Translations under genes and position numbers: made by a program
Notes under the pieces: generated by a model
What the model was told of the DNA's origin: nothing
The model's database searches: none
What the model saw: the letters and a program-made list of their open reading frames with translations, nothing else
In this document: piece by piece, positions 38,740 to 51,612 of the stretch
How the letters are laid out: the number at the start of each line of letters is the position of its first letter
Position numbering within the stretch: the first letter of the stretch is position 1
Assembly: GCF_009834535.1 (NCBI RefSeq)
Contig: NC_045696.1
Location: 39,372,001 to 39,436,000, forward strand
Length of the DNA stretch: 64,000 nt
Source: Camelus ferus
Lineage: Eukaryota
Direction: 5' to 3'

Positions 38740-39100
38740 TTTCTAGGGCTCTTTGTTTTACATAATGAAAGTGTGATTCTTGAAGGATAGTCTTAGCCCT
38801 CCTTGCTAATGATGTCTCTGGCTCAAAGGGCTGCCTCAATACAAACTGTTTCTCATTCTGTCACCCCTTTACCAGAAATCCCTACCGGTTTTCTAATAAT
38901 GTCCATTGTGCATTGTTTGCAAATGAAACAAAACTTATTTGCAACTGTGTAACTTATCCAACTCCCAGTCTCTAAGGGCCAAACTTTTAATAAAGTCTCC
39001 AGTGAGGACAGTCAGGTTTACTACACATTTCACTGGATATCATTAATTCGTGCAAATCTCCTCCAGCTAACTAGTTGCAGTTATAATTAAGTATGTCATA
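38740..39100. promoter_or_regulatory. Candidate olfactory receptor enhancer (homeodomain and O/E motif cluster)
   Basis: TAATGA (38763), TAATGATGTCTCTGG (38807), TCTCTAAGGG (38969), AAACTTTTAATAAAGTCTCC (38981-39000), TCATTA (39040) and TAATTA (39084), in sequence not recognised as a repeat. Confidence 0.4.
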
Positions 39101-39539
39101 CACAGACATAAGTAATTTTAGTGGCATGCTCTAATAAATGAAAAGACACAAGCATTAAACAAGACAGCAGTATTTAATAAAATTACTACTCTAGTAATAT
39201 TAAGTTTCATAGTGTCTGCAAAAGTATCCACTATTAATGAAAGCTTGTCTTGGCTCCCCTTCATACAGTGTTTCTGTGTTAAAAGAACTGTTCACTGGTT
39301 TGACCAAGCTCTCTTACGTATCCGTAAGACAAAATTTCCACATTTTCCTGTGGGACCAGCTCAGTGTTATGGTGTACTTCTGACCACCTGTTTGCTGCAA
39401 GCAACACCCTGCTCTACACTTCTCAGGACCCACTCAATGAATACACCATTTGACAGATAGTACCATCTCAGTATATAGAGTCAGTTTTAGAAAAAGCAAA
39501 TTTTACCTATTAGTCAAAATAACTTGATCAAAATTGATC

Positions 39540-41000
39540 TAATTGATCTCAAGTTTGTGGCCGACTTGTGCAGAGGCTGAAACATAGGAGCTGAGAATCA
39601 TGGGATCCAGGCCTGAGCAAGCCTAGTAGAAGTAACTGACATCAGAGATGTTATAAAGGAAGAATCCATGGGACTTGATGGCAACTTGATAACAGGTTGG
39701 ATATGAGCAGTGAGGATAATAGCACTGTCTTAGGTGACCCTGAATGTTTCAAGGGGACGTCAAATGTCTTCCTGTTGCTTTTAAGATACACTTGAGAATC
39801 TTGAGCCTGGACCACAAAGCCCTGTGATATCTGACCCCCTGACTCCCGTTCTAGCGTCACTGACCACCACTATCCCTCTAATTTGCTGTGCTACAAGTGC
39901 ACTGACCTCTCAATTCCCTGAACCCCCAGGCTACTTCCCAACTCAATGCTTCCAAATGCTACCTACGGCATAAATGCCCTTTGTCTTGCTTCTTCCCCAA
40001 TTTTGTGGTTAATTCATGTACTCTCAAGGCTTCAATTTATGGGCTGTTCAGTCTGAGAATTTTTTCCTGCCTCCATCCCCAGATGAATGAGTCACCTATT
40101 ATATGCACCTGTACTTTTCTGTACTTTTCTTCATGGCACTAAATACAATTGTAATCATTCGTTTAATGTGTCTCTCCACCACTAGATGATAAGCTCCATG
40201 AGGGCAGGGACCAAGTTTAACTTGCTCATTGCTTATCCCAAAGACTAGCACAGAGCATGTCATGTAATAGTCAGATGACACTGCTGACAAAGACATGAAA
40301 GGGTATTTGAGTGAACAAACGGCATCTACAACCTGGATTACTGTTTCCCTTAGTCTTCCCCTGTTATCTGGTTAACGCTTATGTACTTCCAGCCCCCAGC
40401 TAAGAGGATGCTTTTCCAGGGATGCTTTTCCTGACCAATCTCTGTCACATGCTGTGATAGCCTAGGGGAATTTGGAGGGAAAAGTCCCTCCTGGTAGAAG
40501 ATAATTCTCCTTTCAAGTATGGCGAGTTTGAGGGGATGATTAGATATTATGGAAATATCCCATAGGTATCAGTTAGGTGGAGTTATTAGGGCTGCAAATA
40601 AAAATTTGGGAATCAGCTGCATTCAGTGGTGAGTCACTAATTTCTACGTGAAAAGAAATGCTCAGACTTGGAACTTCAAAAAATGCTTATGATGAAATGG
40701 AAAGTAACAGTTTTAAGAATGAGAGAATATTTAATCTTTCAAATATTTTAGAGAGGTCAAGGAGAACAAAGGTCCAAGAAAGATAATAGGACTTGATGGA
40801 CAGGTAGCTGGAGCAGTGTGATTTTCACAAAATAATGGGAATGAAAACTCTAGGTTGCAGATGATTAAAGAGAGTTAATGAAAACAGCAGGGGTAGAACA
40901 CTTTTTAAGAAGTTTGGTGGTAAAAATAGAAAGAGGTGAGACAGGAACTGAAGAGTTGACAATGAGGTCAGTTAATGTTTTCCAAAATAGGGCAGAACAA
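39540..41000. mobile_element. L2 fragments in both orientations
   Basis: Clear L2 3' end ccaccactagatgataagctccatgagggcagggacc (about 40176-40212), with purine-rich antisense tracts on either side. Confidence 0.75.
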
Positions 41001-41189
41001 TGACGCTTTCGGGGGGGAAAAAAAACCAACTTTGATAGCGGCAAAGTCTGAAGTCAGTTGAATCTTTTGACCACTAACTTTTTGGGGAAATATTGTCCCC
41101 TTGACTTTTACTGCATTATCCTACGTCTCTTCCTCTCCCTCTTGCTCTCTCTTTTGCTTTTCTCCTCCCTTTTCTCCCTACCCCTAGAC

Positions 41190-41504
41190 TTGTGCCAGCC
41201 AATAGGCACCAAGCAGATAGCTATTGATTACTTGAACTGTGTGTATTCTGAATTACAGTGTGCTGTAAGTATAAAGAAACACACCAGATTTTGAAAATTT
41301 GGTATAAAAAAGTAATGTAAAATCTTATTAATAATTTTGTATTGATTACATGTTGAAATGATAATATTTTATACTTATATAATTAAATAAAATGTTTATT
41401 ATTAAAATTAAATTCATGTTTCTTTTTACTATCTTCTAATGTAATTACTAGAAAATTCTCCATTACATATGTGACTCACAGGATATTTCAAATGGACAGC
41501 ATTG
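41190..41504 (-). mobile_element. MER33-like hAT-Charlie non-autonomous DNA transposon
   Basis: tgtgctgtaagtataaa...acaccagatttt...gattacatgttgaaatgataatatttt...ttacatatgtgactcaca...tggacagcattg matches recalled MER33 in reverse. Confidence 0.8.
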
Positions 41505-41509
41505 CTCTA

Positions 41510-42910
41510 GGCTTTCTTACCTGTATCCTCTCTCTCGGCTTCAGAAACCACTTCTAGACTGTTGGCTCTTACATCTTCACAGAAACGTACGATCAGACTG
41601 CTCCTCTGAACCTCAAACCCTTGTATTCAACTGCCAATTAGACATCTTCTTAACGTCTCAAAGGTACCTCATACCAAGTGTCTGTGAAATCTTACCTCCT
41701 TCTTGCCTCTTTCTCCTTCTTGCCTCTTTCCCCAAGCCTGATCCTCTCCCAGGGTTTCCAGGCTCAGTGAGTCATCATCACCCTGTTGCATAAGCCAGAA
41801 ATTCAGATTCTTCCTCTCTGAACCCTACAATCTACCACAAAACCCTGCTCATTCTACATCCTAAAAATTTCTCCAGTTTGTCCATTCCAGTCATCACCAC
41901 CACCTAGTCCATGCTACCATAATCTCTTTCCTGTGCAGTTTGTCCACATCTAATTTTTCCAGCTTGCAAACTAGTCTTCATGCTTCATCCAGAATTAGTT
42001 ATAAAATATAAATCTGACCATGTCATCCTTCTATATAAAAACTTACAATGTGTTTTTATTGCTATCAGAATGAAGTCCCAGATTCTTAATATTGTTTAGA
42101 AAACCCCCACATTATCTGTACCCTGCCCACAGCTCCTTTTTCCCTTAAACCATTTTGCCCTTAACTCTCTTTGCCTCAATGTTTCTTTCAGACCTTGAAA
42201 TTATAATGTTCACTCCAGAAATAAGGCCTTCGTATATGTTATTCTCACAACTCACCCACTCCACTTTTCCCTAGTAAATTGTGTTCAACCTCCAAATTTC
42301 AGCTCAGTCATCACTTTTTCAGGAAATCTTTCTGTCACCTCCCCTAGCACCCCATCTACCTCAAGTAATAATGATGGTGGTGGTGGTGGTGGTAACAGCA
42401 TTTAGCATTTATTGAACATTTACTACATATTAGACTCCTTCCTATGTTTTACAAATAATTCACTAGGTCTTCAAAACCACCTTTTTAGTCTCCATTTTCA
42501 GAGTATAATCCATGATAATATCCATTTTTCTGATAAGGAAGTTGACTAACAGAGAGGTTAAGTGATCTTCCCATAATCAGCAACGAAGTGGCGTAGCCAG
42601 GATTTAAAATTAGGTCCTGTTTCCAGCCAGAACCCACAGGGTTAACTACTACATTATAATACCTTTTCAGATCAGGCCAAACCTCTCTATTATAGGCTCT
42701 GTCTCCAATAGCCTGGCCTTCATAATAGTGAAGTCATAATTTTAAATTCATTTAAATGATTGTTTGGTTAATACCTGTCTCCTGTAACTTTTTTCAATTC
42801 TATAAGAGGAGAGGAAGCAGATACCATGTCTGCATTTGCTTATTGCTTAACTGTAGTGCCTAGTATTGTGGCTGACATAAAATAGACACAAAATGCATGT
42901 GAGTAAAATT
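41510..42910 (+). mobile_element. L2 interrupted by a MIR
   Basis: Pyrimidine-rich L2 text (aaatctgaccatgtcatcc; tagtgcctagtattgtggctgacata) on both sides of the MIR. Confidence 0.75.
42365..42660 (-). mobile_element. MIR SINE
   Basis: Antisense MIR core tccatttttctgataaggaa...acagagaggttaagtgatcttccc...agccaggatttaaa. Confidence 0.75.
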
Positions 42911-43476
42911 ATACCAAATAACTGTGTGTATATATGAAGAAGAAAGTAAGGGAGGAAGACAAGGGGCCAGGGAGGAGGAAGGGGAGGAGAGAGGAAGAAA
43001 AAGAAAGCAAGCTCCATGTCTCCAGTTAGGAATTTCTGTACTGAGCACAACTTAGTCTAACACTTTCTGTCTCTTAATTCCTACATCTGTCTTAGGAAGT
43101 CTTCTGACTATGACAACAACAGATTCGGGGATTTTTGTCTGGCAGGTACTGAATGACTTTAGAACTTCTCCTTAGTAATCACTTGATCATGAATAGCTAG
43201 TTTATTTGATATTATTTTGGCAGAGGACCTCAAAACTGGATCAGTCATTAAGCAATCTACCTATAAGATAATTACGGTTTCTCTAATACACCTTACACTC
43301 TGGCCAGACTGGGGGCTGCTTTCTGTTCCTCCAACAATCCACGAGCTTTCATGCCTTTGATACTTTGCTTAGCATTCACTTTCCAATCTTCTCTGCTGAG
43401 AAAATATCTGCATATTTTCAAGGCCAGTGTCAAATATCCTCTCCTGGGTAATCTATAATAAAACACGCCCCACCCC

Positions 43477-43494
43477 TGTGTGTGTGTGTGTGTG
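43477..43494 (+). repeat. (TG)n microsatellite
   Basis: Seen directly. Confidence 0.9.
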
Positions 43495-45019
43495 TATTTC
43501 TTATAGAGATGCTGGGCCTAATGGTAGGATATGTTAACATGATTTCTTTGTTAGGGATATTGGGTCTGTTCTGTGGTTAAGGTTGGAAGCTCCCCTGAAG
43601 GTTTGGGCGTTTGTGGTAGTGTCAGTCTCAAGGGGAAGAGCTCAGCCCTTAGGCAAAATACCAGAAGGGGAGCCCCTGCCCACTCTCCTGTCTCTCACAT
43701 TCTTGGAAATAGATCTTCTGTGGCTGAGCCAGGCCTAAACTTCCAGGTGACTGGGAAAAGACGGCATCTCCCTCTCAAGGGCTGACTTAGAGATAAGTAA
43801 GGACGCCCTGCTGTAAGGAACCTTAAGTACAAGATGACTGACTCACTCATCTAAACCAGATTATCAAGATCAGCAGCATTCAGGCCATTTCAACACCTGG
43901 ATCTGTCACAATCGGTTATGAGATGCATCACAATTAATGTGTTTCTAACAACAAAGTGCCATAGATTAACATGATTTACTTTTTTATAAAACTAGAGTTG
44001 ATTCCAAACTAACTCAGTAATACCTTCCTCACTCCTTTACATTACAGTACACTATCTTGAATGGGAGCAAATGAAGAGGCATCATGGCTAGCCAGTGGGC
44101 AATTATTCATTACCTGACAAACCCCATAGGAGTGTGCCAGGCAGTCAAAATCTTCTGCTGACGCTGCCTTCTCAGTGGGGGAAGGTTTGGGACTTACTCT
44201 TCTACTTGTACATTACCACATTTTGTTTCCCAATGGTTATCTCCAAGTCTAGTCAGGGCATGTACAAATGATCCTTCTTAAACTGTCCTACAGGAAATCA
44301 CTTGGACCAGAGTGCAATGGGAGAGAAATGCCTTCTTGTGGTCACCATGGTTTTGGCAACAGTGGTGACTACTTCCCCAGGGGAGACATGAGAATCTGGG
44401 GAAAGGTTTGGAGAATCTGTTTTGCCCCTCCCACATGGAGATTTGCTCTCTACTGCCAAACTAGAATGTTTTTTTATTATGGAAACTAGAGTTTTCTTCC
44501 AGAAAGCTTTTTTAACACTCCCAGGCAAATTAAGTCACTCCCATCTGTTCTCCCATAGTTCCCAATGTATGATTATACTATAGATTCCTGTCACTTTGCA
44601 TTCTAATTATTTGTTTACATGACTGCCTCCCCAGTACATTGAGAAGTCACTGCAAACAGGGATTGAGCCTTATATGGCTTTGAATTTACTATTGTTTATT
44701 AGCACTATGCTTGGCACTGCCCACTCTTGAACAATGGGTGAAACACGACCAGAAGAGTAAACCAATATTCATCACATTAAGTTTGGAGTCTTTTTTTTTT
44801 GTTATCTTAAGTTTTTTAAAATACCAACCTTAAAGTCATATTTATCCCACAGCTTTAATCTAAAATGGTTTGTGACGGGCACCCAAACACTTGTTTATTA
44901 ATCTGTCATTTATGCCACATCAAACATGCAAAATGTAGCAGAGAAAAAGCAATGAGTCATACACAGAATTGTTTTTCTGAAACTCAGATTTGATAGACTC
45001 AGTCCCTTGACAAATTTAT

Positions 45020-46590
45020 TCAGGACCTACTAAATAGAATTCAAGCTCCTTGATTTGGCACTCTGACCTTATCCTTTTCAGGATACATCCTGTAATTTCT
45101 ACAGCACTGTATTCTGTCCCCTCCAGACATTCTGTATCCCAGATAATCTGGTATAATCTAAACCAGAGAGTCCCAGAAGGCGCTCTCTCAGGCACCCTTC
45201 TCTTTTCTGCCTTGTCACTCTCCCTAAATGATCTCACTCAGTTCCAAGTCTTTAAATATAAATGCTGATGACTCCGAATCTCCAGCTTTGTCTTTTATAT
45301 TCAATTACCTGTTTGACATCTCCACTTAGATAACTGATAAGCACCTCAAATATTCTCAAATATTTCTAGCTTTATACTCCCCCCAAAAATGTATTCCTCC
45401 TCCAGTCTCCTTTAACCCAATAAATGCTACCTTGTTCCCCTCAGATGCTCAAGACAAAAAAAATCTAGGCATTTTCCTTATTCTTTTAACCTCGATTCAA
45501 ACAGAAATCATTAGCAAATCCTGTTGACTCATCCTCCAAAACATAATGCAATCATCTGCATTCTCCATGTCCACGGCTATCACCCTTATTCTGGACCACT
45601 GCAATATCCTCCCAGCTGCTCTCCCTACTTTCATCCTCACCCTGCATGATCCATTTTCTGAGAAAATGTGAAAAGGTAATGCCATTTCTCTGCTTTAAAA
45701 AACTCTGGTTTGGTAGGCAGAATAATGCTCCACCCCAAAAATGTCCACATCCTAATCCTCAGAAATGGTGCGTATGTTATGTTACATGACAAGGGGGAAT
45801 TAAATACTCCTAGTAACCTTCAGGTGGGCCCAGTGTAATTTTTTAAATGTTGAAAACAGAAGCAGAGGAGTCAGAATCGGAGTGGTACAGTGTGAGAAAG
45901 ATTTAACTGGCTATCTCAGGCTTTGAAGATGGAAAGCAGTCGTGAGCCAAGGAATGCAGTCAGACCCCAGAGGCTGAAAAAGACAAAGAAGCGGATTCTC
46001 CTCCGCAGCCTCCAGAAAGGATGTTGACACCTTAATTTTAGCCCAGTGAGAATCATTTCAGATTTCTAACCTCCAGAATTGTGAAAGAATAAATGTGTTG
46101 TTTCAAGCTACTGAGTTTGTAGCAATTTGTTAGAGAGGCAATAGGAAACTAATACACCCTCCCAAGGCTTCTCATTGAGCTGAAAATAAAATGCAAACTC
46201 CATACCCTGTGTTACAAACCCTGCAAGATCAACTGTTCAATCCCATCATCAACCACTTTCCACTGCCTTTTATGGGTTCCGCAAACACGCAGAACTTATT
46301 TCTGCCTTAAAGAGTTTTCACTATTGCCTCTGTACCTAACATGCTCCTCCCCAAACTGCCATGACTGGCTTCTTGCTACTCATGTCTGAGCCTGCCTGTT
46401 CACCTTTCCTATAGACGTTTTCCAAATCACCTGATCTGAAGTAACTCCCAGTCATTCTTTATCACATAACTCCGTTTTACTCTCAGCAAAGCACTTACTA
46501 GTTAGTTACTTTTCTTATTTATGTATTTGTTTACATTTGCTTCCCCAGTCTCCTCAATGAGCATGGAAGCTCCATGAGAATAGAATTTAT
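45020..46590 (+). mobile_element. L2 interrupted by an MLT1 LTR
   Basis: L2 text (tgtttgacatctccacttagataactgataagcacctcaaa; ggaagctccatgagaatag) on both sides of the LTR. Confidence 0.8.
45708..46156 (+). mobile_element. MaLR solo LTR, MLT1D-like
   Basis: Starts tggtaggcagaataatg and ends aataaatgtgttgtttcaagc...gcaataggaaactaataca. Confidence 0.88.
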
Positions 46591-46595
46591 AATAG

Positions 46596-47009
46596 TGATA
46601 ACACAGAGTTGCTGATTTGCAAACTGGCCCCTGGACACAGAGGGCAAGGAGAGATCAAAGAAAGGCAGACCACTGCGGATTGGTAGGTGATAGTTTTAAT
46701 AAGCAAGAGAACTTACATACAAGGCTTGTCTTGGGCAGCTACAAGACAAGTAGATCTCCACTTCCACTTGTCAGAATCTTAAAAGTTTATACAGAGGCCT
46801 TAACTGGGCTTAGTCTACGTATACCGCTCAGATGGTCTCAACACCACCTTGCTCTCTCAAGACTGTGCCCTTGGAACAAGTCCCACTGTGGGAAAAGTGG
46901 GCAAGAAGTACATTCGAAGGACAGGGGAGAGGGTGACTACCCAATTGCCCAGGTCCAGGTTTCAGGTCAACCAGCAGTCATGTCTTCTTGATGACCTCCT
47001 CCTCTAACA
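46596..47009 (-). mobile_element. Solo ERV LTR (ERV1-like), 414 bp
   Basis: TG...CA termini and 4-bp TSD ATAG (46592-46595 and 47010-47013). Minus-strand TATAAA and ATTAAA occur in the expected order. Confidence 0.75.
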
Positions 47010-47459
47010 ATAGTATTTATTGCATGAATGTATGAAACAATGGTGCAAGAAATGGCAGCTGTTTTGTGGATACTGAATGTAAGGACTTTTCAAAATGTTC
47101 AAGTAAGCCTAAAAATTTTCATAAATTTGTAAGAAAGTCAAAATAACAAGAAATGAGCTACATGATCCTTTTCACCAACTCCATGAGTCTTTCACTGAGC
47201 TCACATGGTTTCATGGGTAAGAGCTGAGCTAGGAGCAACATTCATCCTTCTCCCACAGTTCCTTTGGTAGAGCCTTGTGCCCAGGAAATCTTAAGCTCTC
47301 CTTGTAGGAGAAAGTCTCCCCATTGTGCTATATCAACACACTTGGTCCTGCATCTATATAGTAATGTGGCCCTCCTCTGAAATAATCACACTGCTCAAGA
47401 GTTAAATTCTGAGGGAAATTCTTTATTTCTGCCTTTTTTTTTTTTTTTTTTTTGCTGTG

Positions 47460-48110
47460 TCTTCAGGGTACATCTCAGAAATATATATAATCCTGATATA
47501 AATGAGGTTGTAATCACACTGAGGGAAATAAGACCTACACCCATGAAGTTCCAGAGGATCACACAAGGCAAATACTGAAACCTGAGAAGGTGTTATATGG
47601 TAATATGAGTTGGGAAGTGAGAAGGAGATAGATGAGCTTGTCCTACATAGATCTTGATTTGACCATTAAGGGAGGGGTAGGATTTAGACAGATGGGGGGA
47701 AATGGTGAAGGTAATATGGTTAAGGCAAAAGGCACCAAATGAAGAATGAAAGTGACTTACTCAAAAGGCCATGAAGAGAAGGGCTTGGCTTAGGGATGGT
47801 AAATGGGAGTGCAGAATACAAGGAGGTAAAGTGAACTCAGATGAGGTAGGGTTAGGAAAATCAAGATATATAATTAACCAAACAAATTAAGAGTTGAGTT
47901 TGATGGGCAACAGGGATTCATTACACTATAAATGATGGGAAAGTTCTAAATTAGGGAATATTTTGAAGAAAGAAATCTTTTCAGAAGCAGCTTCTGGATT
48001 TGCAAGAAAAATGTAAAGGTTATTCTAGTAACTAAAGTTTAAGATTAAAGACATTATATATGTAATTTCAAAAGAAGATTCTAGAAATTGTATATTGACA
48101 TTAAAAGAGA
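47460..48110 (-). mobile_element. Degenerate L2 fragment
   Basis: Purine-rich L2-like text (gggtaggatttagacagatgggg; gagtttgatgggcaacagggattcatt). Confidence 0.5.
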
Positions 48111-48279
48111 TGGGAAATGTGCTACTTTAAGACGTCTGCTCACACAACTTCTCCCCTCAGAGTCAGTAAATCCTAGCTCAGTTCCCACTTCCTCTATGAA
48201 GCCTTTTCTCACCAATCCAGTGGGAATTTTTTCTTCCAATTAGAATTTTATATTGAGATTGGTAATAAGGATAAACAGT

Positions 48280-48646
48280 ATAAACTCGCATGAATTAAAA
48301 ATCAAAACATGGCCTTTAAAATTTGCTTAGAAATGGGCATTTTACTTACTCTTTAGGTCTCAAAGGATACACTTAATTATCCCAGTTTAGGATGTTTGTA
48401 ATGTTTAGGAGATTAGGTCTCTCAGGCTATACTCTGATGTCAATGCCAAGTAAATCCCTTTAGAATTATCTAAAATATTTGAACCATTCTCTACCAATGA
48501 CATAAATATCATCATTGACTTGTTGGTAGAAATATTCTCCTAAATAATCAGAAGGATAGAATTTTATTTCTGGATTTACTTTAAAAGCCATCATCAGGTA
48601 ACCAACTAGCCTTTATAAAACTCTTACTGGGGAAATCCAGGTGAGA
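48280..48646 (+). promoter_or_regulatory. Putative promoter and non-coding exon 1 of the OR5K1-like gene, donor CCAG|GTGAGA (intron starts 48641)
   Basis: TAATTA and O/E-like TCTCAAAGGA sites. TGATGTCAATGCCAAGTAAATCCCTT (48435) is paralogous to 12270, and the donor context aaatcYag|gtRag is shared. Confidence 0.58.
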
Positions 48647-49202
48647 AAGCATTTAACTTTTTTTCGGTAGAAATATTAACCTCCAGAAACATTTAAGTTC
48701 TTTAAGGTTTTTTCCTTACAATTCTTAGAGGTTTTTTTAAATTTTTAAGTTCCTTGAAGTCTCTCCTCTTCCTTAAGATCCATTGTGTAAAAACTGCACA
48801 AATGACTATAGTTTGTTTGCATCACTTCTGAATTTAGAGAAGCCTAAATTTACCTATAATAAATAAGCAAAGGCATACATTTATAGTAATAACAGAAAAC
48901 CCTAGCAAAGCTTTTGGGTTTTTTTTTTTTTTTTTAATAATGTGGTTTGCCGTATAACTTACAATTTAACAGATGAAATGGATTATTAACCTGTATGATG
49001 AAATGATGTTTAAAATTGTGTCAGACATTCCCTATGTATTAAATAAATTATATGAAGAATAATATATTTTAACCCCCTGATGTAATTTTAGGGAGCTTTT
49101 TAGTTTATGTTTTGATTTTTAGAGAAATAAAATATCAATGTAAAACTTATTTCTGTCCGATTAATTATCAACTGGGAAAAGTGAAAGTAAACTATGTTAT
49201 GT

Positions 49203-49358
49203 GACTTCAAGTTGGCAAGTGCAAGGCATTTAATGAAAAAACTCATTCAAATTATATAGCTTTAAAATGTTCATTTTTTAGACCTCAGGTTACCAAGAGT
49301 AAGGCATTTAATGAAAAAATAACAATTCAAATCATATAGATGTCAAATGTTCATTTTG
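49203..49358 (+). repeat. Diverged 78-bp tandem duplication
   Basis: gacttcaagttggcaag...aaggcatttaatgaaaaaa...aaatgttcatttt recurs at 49281. Confidence 0.85.
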
Positions 49359-50079
49359 AATTTTGTTTCTAAAGGTATCAGTCACAAATAGTCTGAGATT
49401 TAAAAGTTAGTAACTGTTTCAGTAACAGCCAAAAGGAAAGAGATCTCCTCTCCAAAATGTTTTCCCTCTGTTCCAGGAATGTAGAGTGTAGTTATGGTTG
49501 ATACATATCCAGTAAATTATCAATGTGGAAATGTCCAGGAGAGTCAACTGATCTTCTAAGAAAGGATGTAGCACAGAGCAGACATTTACTAAATAACAAA
49601 TCAATGAATAAGTCATTCTTGAGTTAACTAAAATAAATGAAGGTAGGTTGAAATAAAGCATTCCCCAACAGATTAGAATTCTTGGTCTATAAGGAAAAAT
49701 ATAAGGGATAAATGAGGTTTAAAAATACACTGGAAGTTTAATAAACGTGAGCATCATAGAATCAGAATATTGTGAAAACACTTGACGTTCAAAAGAGTAA
49801 AACTTAACACTGAAGAATTATTGCTTTAGAGGCAAGTGGTCTCAAGAATGCATCACCACAAGAGGTGAATATATTCCTGAATGGTCTGAGATACCTGCAA
49901 GATTGTCAGCAAACTCTTACTATTTATAACCATGAATGTCATTATCACCAGAACGGAGCAGACACTTCCTCAACAGATCCATTGTGATTTAGCCACTACA
50001 GAATTGTAAAGTGCAGAAAACATTAGTTGGATCTCCAATAATTATTTGGGGGTTATCAAGTTTTAAACTAAGAGCATGT

Positions 50080-51010
50080 CATTTTATTTATTTAATTAAA
50101 AAAGTGCTTTCTGATTGTTAAAATAACACTTGTTGTAGACAATTTGAAATAGAAGAAAATTAAAAAATGACAATTTCCATTGCACAGAGAAAACTAGTGT
50201 TAAAATTTTGATATGTTTCTGTGCTGCCTTTCCTTTTCATTCATATGTAAGTATTTATTTGAAAAATTAAGATTATTCTCCATATAAAATTTTATATTTT
50301 ATTTTTCACATACTGTTTTACTGTATTTTGTCATTACATTGAACATTCTAAATAAACACTGTTTTTAATCATTGCACAATATACTATTATATGGATGACT
50401 CACATTGACTTATTCATGTTGACCAAATGTTTTCCATTTGAATTTTTCACTATTACACTATAACTATTACAATTACATGAGAATGGGCATCATTTTATGT
50501 CAATCTTTGTCTGAGATTTTAAATATTTCTTTCTGCTAGATTCATGGTTACTTGTCACAGGTCTGAACATTTAAGACTTTCCTTAATCTATTATCAAATT
50601 ATTTTCCAGTGATTGCACCCATTTATACTTTTACCAGGAATGCAAATAGGTTTCCACTGTACTGTATGTTAGATAACACTATATAGTATCGCTTTAAAAA
50701 TCTTGTTATTTTGATAGGCAAAATAAATATGCCCTCATAACTTTCAAATTATGCTTCTCTGATTAGTAATGAGGTCAAACATTTTTAATGTGTTAAAATT
50801 GTATTTCTTTTGAGGTTTTTCTGTTTCTGTCCTTTATCCATTTTCTACTGATTATTCCTACTGATTTGTAGAAGCTCCTTATGGAATAAAATCACAGAAA
50901 TGGTATAATATTTATTGCAATAATTTCCCTATTTGTGTCTGACGTTTGATGTTACTCATGATGTTTTTGACAGATAGTTATATAGTTGAACTTATCAATT
51001 GTTTAACCCT
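50080..51010 (-). mobile_element. Old L1 3' end (L1ME-like)
   Basis: Degenerate antisense L1 3'-end text (ttgcacccatttatacttttaccagg; ctctgattagtaatgaggtcaaacatttt). Confidence 0.6.
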
Positions 51011-51149
51011 TAGGAATGCTTTAATTTCTTTTAACAGCATTTAAATTTCTTTAGATTTCTTTATGCACATGTGCACATGGGCAACTTTATGTTGCATGCA
51101 TAAGTGATATAATAAGGCCATAAAGGCCATGAAAATAGTTTGTAAAATC

Positions 51150-51612
51150 TTTTATAGTAGAAAAATATACGTAACATAAAATTTATCATTTTAGTTATAT
51201 TTAAGCATACACATTTCAGGAGCATTAAGTAAATTTATATTGTTGTAGCACCATCATCACAATCCAACTCTAGAACTTTTTGATCTTCCCAAACACAAAC
51301 TCCGTACCCACTAAACAACAACTCCCCATTTCTTCCCTCCCCTAAAAACTGCTATTCTACTTTCTGTATGTGTTTGACTACTTTGTTCATGTTAAGTGGA
51401 ATCACAGAATATTTGTCCTTTTGCATCTAGTTTATTTCACTTAGCATAATGTCATAAAATTTCATCCATATTTGAACATACGTCAGAATTTCACTTTAAG
51501 ACTGAATAATATTCCATATTCTGTCTATACCACATTTTGTTCATTCATTCATCCAGTTGAGGTGTTTCCACCTTTGGTTATCCTGAATAATGCTTCTATG
51601 AACATGGGTATG
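51150..51612 (-). mobile_element. L1 3'UTR fragment (L1MA/L1MB-like)
   Basis: aacataaaatttatcatttt...agtggaatcacagaatatttgtccttttg...aataatgcttctatgaacatggg. Confidence 0.85.

Noticed and set aside
46617..46991. 124-aa ORF
   Set aside because: Lies wholly within a solo LTR, has a non-ATG start and shows no homology.
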